Origin: Alphaproteobacteria bacterium
Lineage (GTDB): Bacteria > Pseudomonadota > Alphaproteobacteria > GCA-2731375
Assembly: GCA_046582595.1 (NCBI GenBank)
Contig: JAYGEB010000127.1
Location: forward strand, 1 to 46,836
Length of the DNA: 46,836 bases
Direction of reading: 5' to 3'
The position numbers were made by a program, and so were the translations under genes. The notes under the pieces were generated by a model. That model made no database searches. It had not been told where the DNA came from and saw nothing but the letters and a program-made list of their open reading frames with translations. Numbering within the stretch: position 1 is the first letter of the stretch; each line of letters opens with the position of its first letter. Shown here piece after piece: positions 43,563-46,836 of this stretch.

Positions 43563-44381
43563 GTGACGTACAAGGACATTGTCGTACATCAAGGTGAAGA
43601 CGCGCATTCGGACCGGCGCTTGAAGGCGTCCGTGGAACTCGCCAAACAATTCAGCGCCCGGCTCACGGGGGTTTATGTTTTGAGCTATCCGGCGATCCCC
43701 GGATTTGTACAGACCGAGCTGCCCAGGGAAATAATCGAGGGGCGCAACAAGGAAATTCGCGCGGCTGGCGAGGCCATGCGCGCCGCCTTCGATGCCGCCG
43801 CGGCCGGCGAGGATATTTCGGCGGAATTTCGGCTCATGGATGGCGGCACCGCCGATGCCGTGACTTTGTGCGGGCGTTATTCCGATTTGCTGGTGGTTGG
43901 ACAGCCCGACCCCGATCATCCCTCGCCCACGGATGGCTTGGCGGAAGAGTTATTGATGGCCTCGGGCCGGCCAATACTGGTGGTGCCCTATACGGGAAAT
44001 CAAGATCAAATTGGCCGCCGGGTGATGGTGGCCTGGCGGGCCACGCGCGAGGCGACGCGGGCCGTGCATGACGCCATGCCGATATTGCAACAGGCCGAGG
44101 AGGTCATCGTCTATTCGGTTAATCCCGAAGACCGCGATCACATCGCCGGCGCCGATATCTGTACCCATCTGGCCCGCCACGGGGTGAATGCCACGCCGCG
44201 CCACATCGTGGCGCCGGACATGGGCGTGGGCGACAGTCTGCTCTCGGCCGTTGCCGATAACGGCATCGATTTGCTGGTGATGGGCGGTTATGGCCATTCC
44301 CGGTTGCGGGAGTTGGCATTTGGCGGCGCCACGCGGGAAATCTTGCAGGCCATGACCTGCCCGGTGATGATGTCGCATTAG
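43563..44381 (+). CDS. universal stress protein, tandem USP domains
   Basis: GTG start preceded by GGAGGG. 272 aa with two UspA-like halves; C-terminal ..DLLVMGGYGHSRLRELAFGGATREIL. Confidence 0.8.
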   Translation: MTYKDIVVHQGEDAHSDRRLKASVELAKQFSARLTGVYVLSYPAIPGFVQTELPREIIEGRNKEIRAAGEAMRAAFDAAAAGEDISAEFRLMDGGTADAVTLCGRYSDLLVVGQPDPDHPSPTDGLAEELLMASGRPILVVPYTGNQDQIGRRVMVAWRATREATRAVHDAMPILQQAEEVIVYSVNPEDRDHIAGADICTHLARHGVNATPRHIVAPDMGVGDSLLSAVADNGIDLLVMGGYGHSRLRELAFGGATREILQAMTCPVMMSH

Positions 44382-44457
44382 GCCATGACATAGGTCCGGC
44401 TTCGGGGTACATCTTGTTGGCGCGATAGGCTGCGAAGTATTGGACGAGGATTACCCC

Positions 44458-45633
44458 ATGGCCGTCATCAACCGCATTGCGGATTTTCACGACGATATGG
44501 TGGAATGGCGTCACGATATTCATGCCCATCCCGAGACCGCCTTCGAAGAGGTGCGGACGGCGGCCGTGGTCGAGGAAAAGCTGCGCGGCTTTGGCATGGA
44601 CGTGCATACGGGCCTGGCGAAAACCGGCGTCGTGGCGGTGTTGAAATGTGGCCATTCGGAGCGCAAGATTGGCCTGCGGGCGGACATGGACGCCCTGAAT
44701 TTGCAGGAACTGGCGGATGTCCCCCATCGATCACGTCATGACGGCAAAATGCATGCCTGCGGCCATGACGGTCACACCACCATGCTGTTGGGCGCCGCCC
44801 GTTATCTGGCGGAAACCCGGAATTTCGACGGCACCGTTTTTTTTATCTTCCAACCGGCGGAAGAGAACGAAGCTGGCGGCCGGGTCATGGTGGATGAAGG
44901 GCTGTTCGAGAGATTTCCCTGCAACGACGTCTATGGCTTGCACAACATGCCGGGCATTCCGGTCGGCCAGATCGGCCTGATGCCGGGACCCATGATGGCC
45001 TCGGCCGATTTTTTCGAGATCATCGTGAACGGCACCGGCGCGCATGGCGCCATGCCGCACATGGGCGTCGATCCCATTTTAATCGGCTCGGAAATCATCA
45101 TGGGGCTGCAGCGCATAGTTTCGCGAACCGTTGATCCCTTGAAGCAGGCGGTCATTTCAGCGACCAAATTTCAATCCGGCTTTACCACCAACGTCATTCC
45201 CGAAACCGCCCTGATCGCCGGCACTACGCGGGCCTTTTCCAGCAAGGTGCAGGATATCATGGAAGCGGAAATCGAGCGCGTGGCGCGGGGCATTGCCCAG
45301 GCCCATGGCGCCACCATCGACTATACCTACGACCGCCGTTATGCCCCAACCATCAATTCCCCGGATGAAACGGAAATTGCCCACCGGGCTGCGGCGGAGG
45401 TTGTGGGCGAGGAAAACGTCCGGCGGGATTTGCAGCCCACCATGGGGGCGGAGGATTTTTCCTGGATGCTGCAGGCCAAGCCCGGCTGTTATATCTGGGT
45501 CGGAAATGGCGTTGGCAGCGAGCCGGGCGGCTGCATGGTGCACAATCCGAACTATGACTTCAACGACGAAATTCTGTCCATTGGCGCGTCGTATTGGGTG
45601 AAACTTGTGGAGCAGGAATTAGCGGCTGGCTGA
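44458..45633 (+). CDS. M20-family amidohydrolase (hippurate hydrolase / N-acyl-amino-acid amidohydrolase-like)
   Basis: WRHDIHAHPETAFEE.., GLRADMDAL, MHACGHDGHT, FQPAEE, and dimerisation-domain pattern. Confidence 0.88.
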   Translation: MAVINRIADFHDDMVEWRHDIHAHPETAFEEVRTAAVVEEKLRGFGMDVHTGLAKTGVVAVLKCGHSERKIGLRADMDALNLQELADVPHRSRHDGKMHACGHDGHTTMLLGAARYLAETRNFDGTVFFIFQPAEENEAGGRVMVDEGLFERFPCNDVYGLHNMPGIPVGQIGLMPGPMMASADFFEIIVNGTGAHGAMPHMGVDPILIGSEIIMGLQRIVSRTVDPLKQAVISATKFQSGFTTNVIPETALIAGTTRAFSSKVQDIMEAEIERVARGIAQAHGATIDYTYDRRYAPTINSPDETEIAHRAAAEVVGEENVRRDLQPTMGAEDFSWMLQAKPGCYIWVGNGVGSEPGGCMVHNPNYDFNDEILSIGASYWVKLVEQELAAG

Positions 45634-45716
45634 ACACTTGTAGTTTTGTATTAAGTTTGCTATCTTACCCTTTGATAACGTTATAGAATCTCGCGTGGGA
45701 TGACTGGGGGAATCCC

Positions 45717-46544
45717 ATGGGGTTCAAGGTCAAGTTTTGGGGCGTTCGGGGATCGATTGCATGCCCTTCATCGAAGTACGTCATGTTCGGCGGCAACACC
45801 TCCTGTATCGAGGTGTCTTGCGGCGGCCAGCGGGTGGTGTTCGATTGCGGCACCGGGATCCGTAATTTTGGCCATTGGATGATGAAAAAGGGCGTCCGCC
45901 GGGCCGATATTCTGATGTCCCACAGCCATTGGGATCACATCAACGGCTTTCCTTTCTTTTCACCGGCCTTCCAGGCGGACTGCGAATTCCGCATCATGGC
46001 CGGGCATTTGTTTGAAATGAAGGAAAACCTGCACGACATCATGTCGGGCCAAATGAACCAGCCGACATTCCCGGTTCCGATCGAGGCCATGCAGGCGAAG
46101 ATGACGTTCGAGGATTTCGTCGCCGGCGACAGCTTCACCTTGGGTGACGGCATCAAGGTCAGCACGACGTTGCTGAACCATCCGGACAATGCCACGGGGT
46201 ACCGCATTGATTATGCTGGCAAGAGCTTTTGCTACATTACGGATACCGAGCATGTTCCCGGCAAGCCGGATGAAAATATCCTGCAATTGATCGATCATGC
46301 CGACATCGTGGTCTACGATTGCACTTACACCGATCGGGAATTCCCCTCGAAAGTCGGCTGGGGCCATTCGACCTGGCAGGAAGGGGTGCGCCTGTGCCAG
46401 CAGGCCAATGCCAAGCGGCTGGTCATTTTCCACCATGACCCCGATCATGAAGACCCGTTCATGGAACTGCTGGAGGCCGAGGCCCGCATGGCCTGGGACG
46501 GGACCCTGATGGCCCGGGAGAATATGCGCCTTACCTTGGCCTAG
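45717..46544 (+). CDS. MBL-fold metallo-hydrolase
   Basis: KVKFWGVRGSI..GGNTSCIEV..FDCGTG.., SHSHWDHINGFPFF, C-terminal FHHDPDH. Confidence 0.8.
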   Translation: MGFKVKFWGVRGSIACPSSKYVMFGGNTSCIEVSCGGQRVVFDCGTGIRNFGHWMMKKGVRRADILMSHSHWDHINGFPFFSPAFQADCEFRIMAGHLFEMKENLHDIMSGQMNQPTFPVPIEAMQAKMTFEDFVAGDSFTLGDGIKVSTTLLNHPDNATGYRIDYAGKSFCYITDTEHVPGKPDENILQLIDHADIVVYDCTYTDREFPSKVGWGHSTWQEGVRLCQQANAKRLVIFHHDPDHEDPFMELLEAEARMAWDGTLMARENMRLTLA

Positions 46545-46598
46545 CTCTCTTCGCTCACGCTTGTGCGCAAGAGCGCACCGCTCCGCGCCGGCGGCGCA
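46542..46598. repeat. family B repeat, left arm (interrupted copy)
   Basis: TAGCTCTCTTCGCTCACGCTTGTGCGCAAGAGCGCA.. matches the reverse complement of 20140-20175. The first TAG is the stop codon of the MBL gene. Confidence 0.7.
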
Positions 46599-46702
46599 TT
46601 AGAGCAATTTTCGGCTAATTGGATTCGCTCTTGCGATCCAAGTAGTTGGTTCAATTGCTCTTTTCTTAAGAATTCGGGCATGTTCAAAGAGGACGTGCTC
46701 TA
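46599..46702. repeat. palindromic intergenic repeat, family A, copy 2 (nested within family B)
   Basis: 102/104 identical to 13177..13280. The differences are A/G at 46616 and 46695; the second converts an A-U pair of hairpin 2 to G-U. Confidence 0.85.
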
Positions 46703-46757
46703 GCGCCGGGCCGCCGTCGCGACCTTGATCGACCATTTCAATCCCGAAAATGCTATA
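46703..46757. repeat. family B repeat, right arm
   Basis: GCGCCGGGCCGCCG..CCTTGATCGACCATTTCAATCCCGAAAATGCTATA matches the reverse complement of 20082-20138. Further degenerate A-like fragments (CTTAATTGG, GTTAAGAAGCGG) follow to about 46810. Confidence 0.7.
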
Positions 46758-46836
46758 GCGCCGTCTTAATTGGTCGTCTGTTAAGAAGCGGCTCTGAGTG
46801 CTGAGAACGGTATCATGGCGGCCCAAATGGCGGCGA

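Overview
GC-rich, densely coding chromosomal segment with alphaproteobacterial (Rhodospirillales-like) gene content and synteny. I support about 42 protein genes and found no rRNA, tRNA, CRISPR array, transposase, prophage or recognisable defence system. Core blocks are ftsK-lolA, glnK-amtB, dprA-topA-rnr, two NUDIX genes plus rpmG, divK-pleD, a DUF3572/HAD-like/ROK-kinase/dinB run, an EipB-like gene, nadE and a five-gene Dpp/Opp-type ABC transporter. The left end (1-7.2 kb) is a redox/xenobiotic-type cluster: TPP enzyme, VOC/glyoxalase, Old Yellow Enzyme, glutaredoxin-DinB fusion, LLM oxidoreductase and a CYP153-like P450. The right part carries a citryl-CoA-lyase-like gene, two MBL hydrolases, a fused E1 alpha/beta dehydrogenase with an overlapping Hpt gene, a tandem USP and an M20 amidohydrolase. 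Findings worth a second look: (1) an in-frame TGA sits at the first Cys position of the CxxC motif of a glutaredoxin-fold domain fused to a DinB/YfiT-like domain, with a hairpin just downstream, making it a candidate selenoprotein; (2) a single-base frameshift signature near the ftsK 3' end, where the alternative frame encodes the conserved FtsK gamma-domain terminus; (3) a modular, palindromic ~102-104 nt intergenic repeat family with two near-identical copies 33 kb apart, one inside the glnK-amtB spacer and one nested in a second repeat, plus a diverged copy with compensatory stem changes; (4) a tightly packed three-domain-Nfu / ATP-grasp / Hpt-pseudo-receiver gene string with a structured divergent promoter shared with a rhodanese gene. 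Family assignments come from motif recognition by eye; no database search was run.
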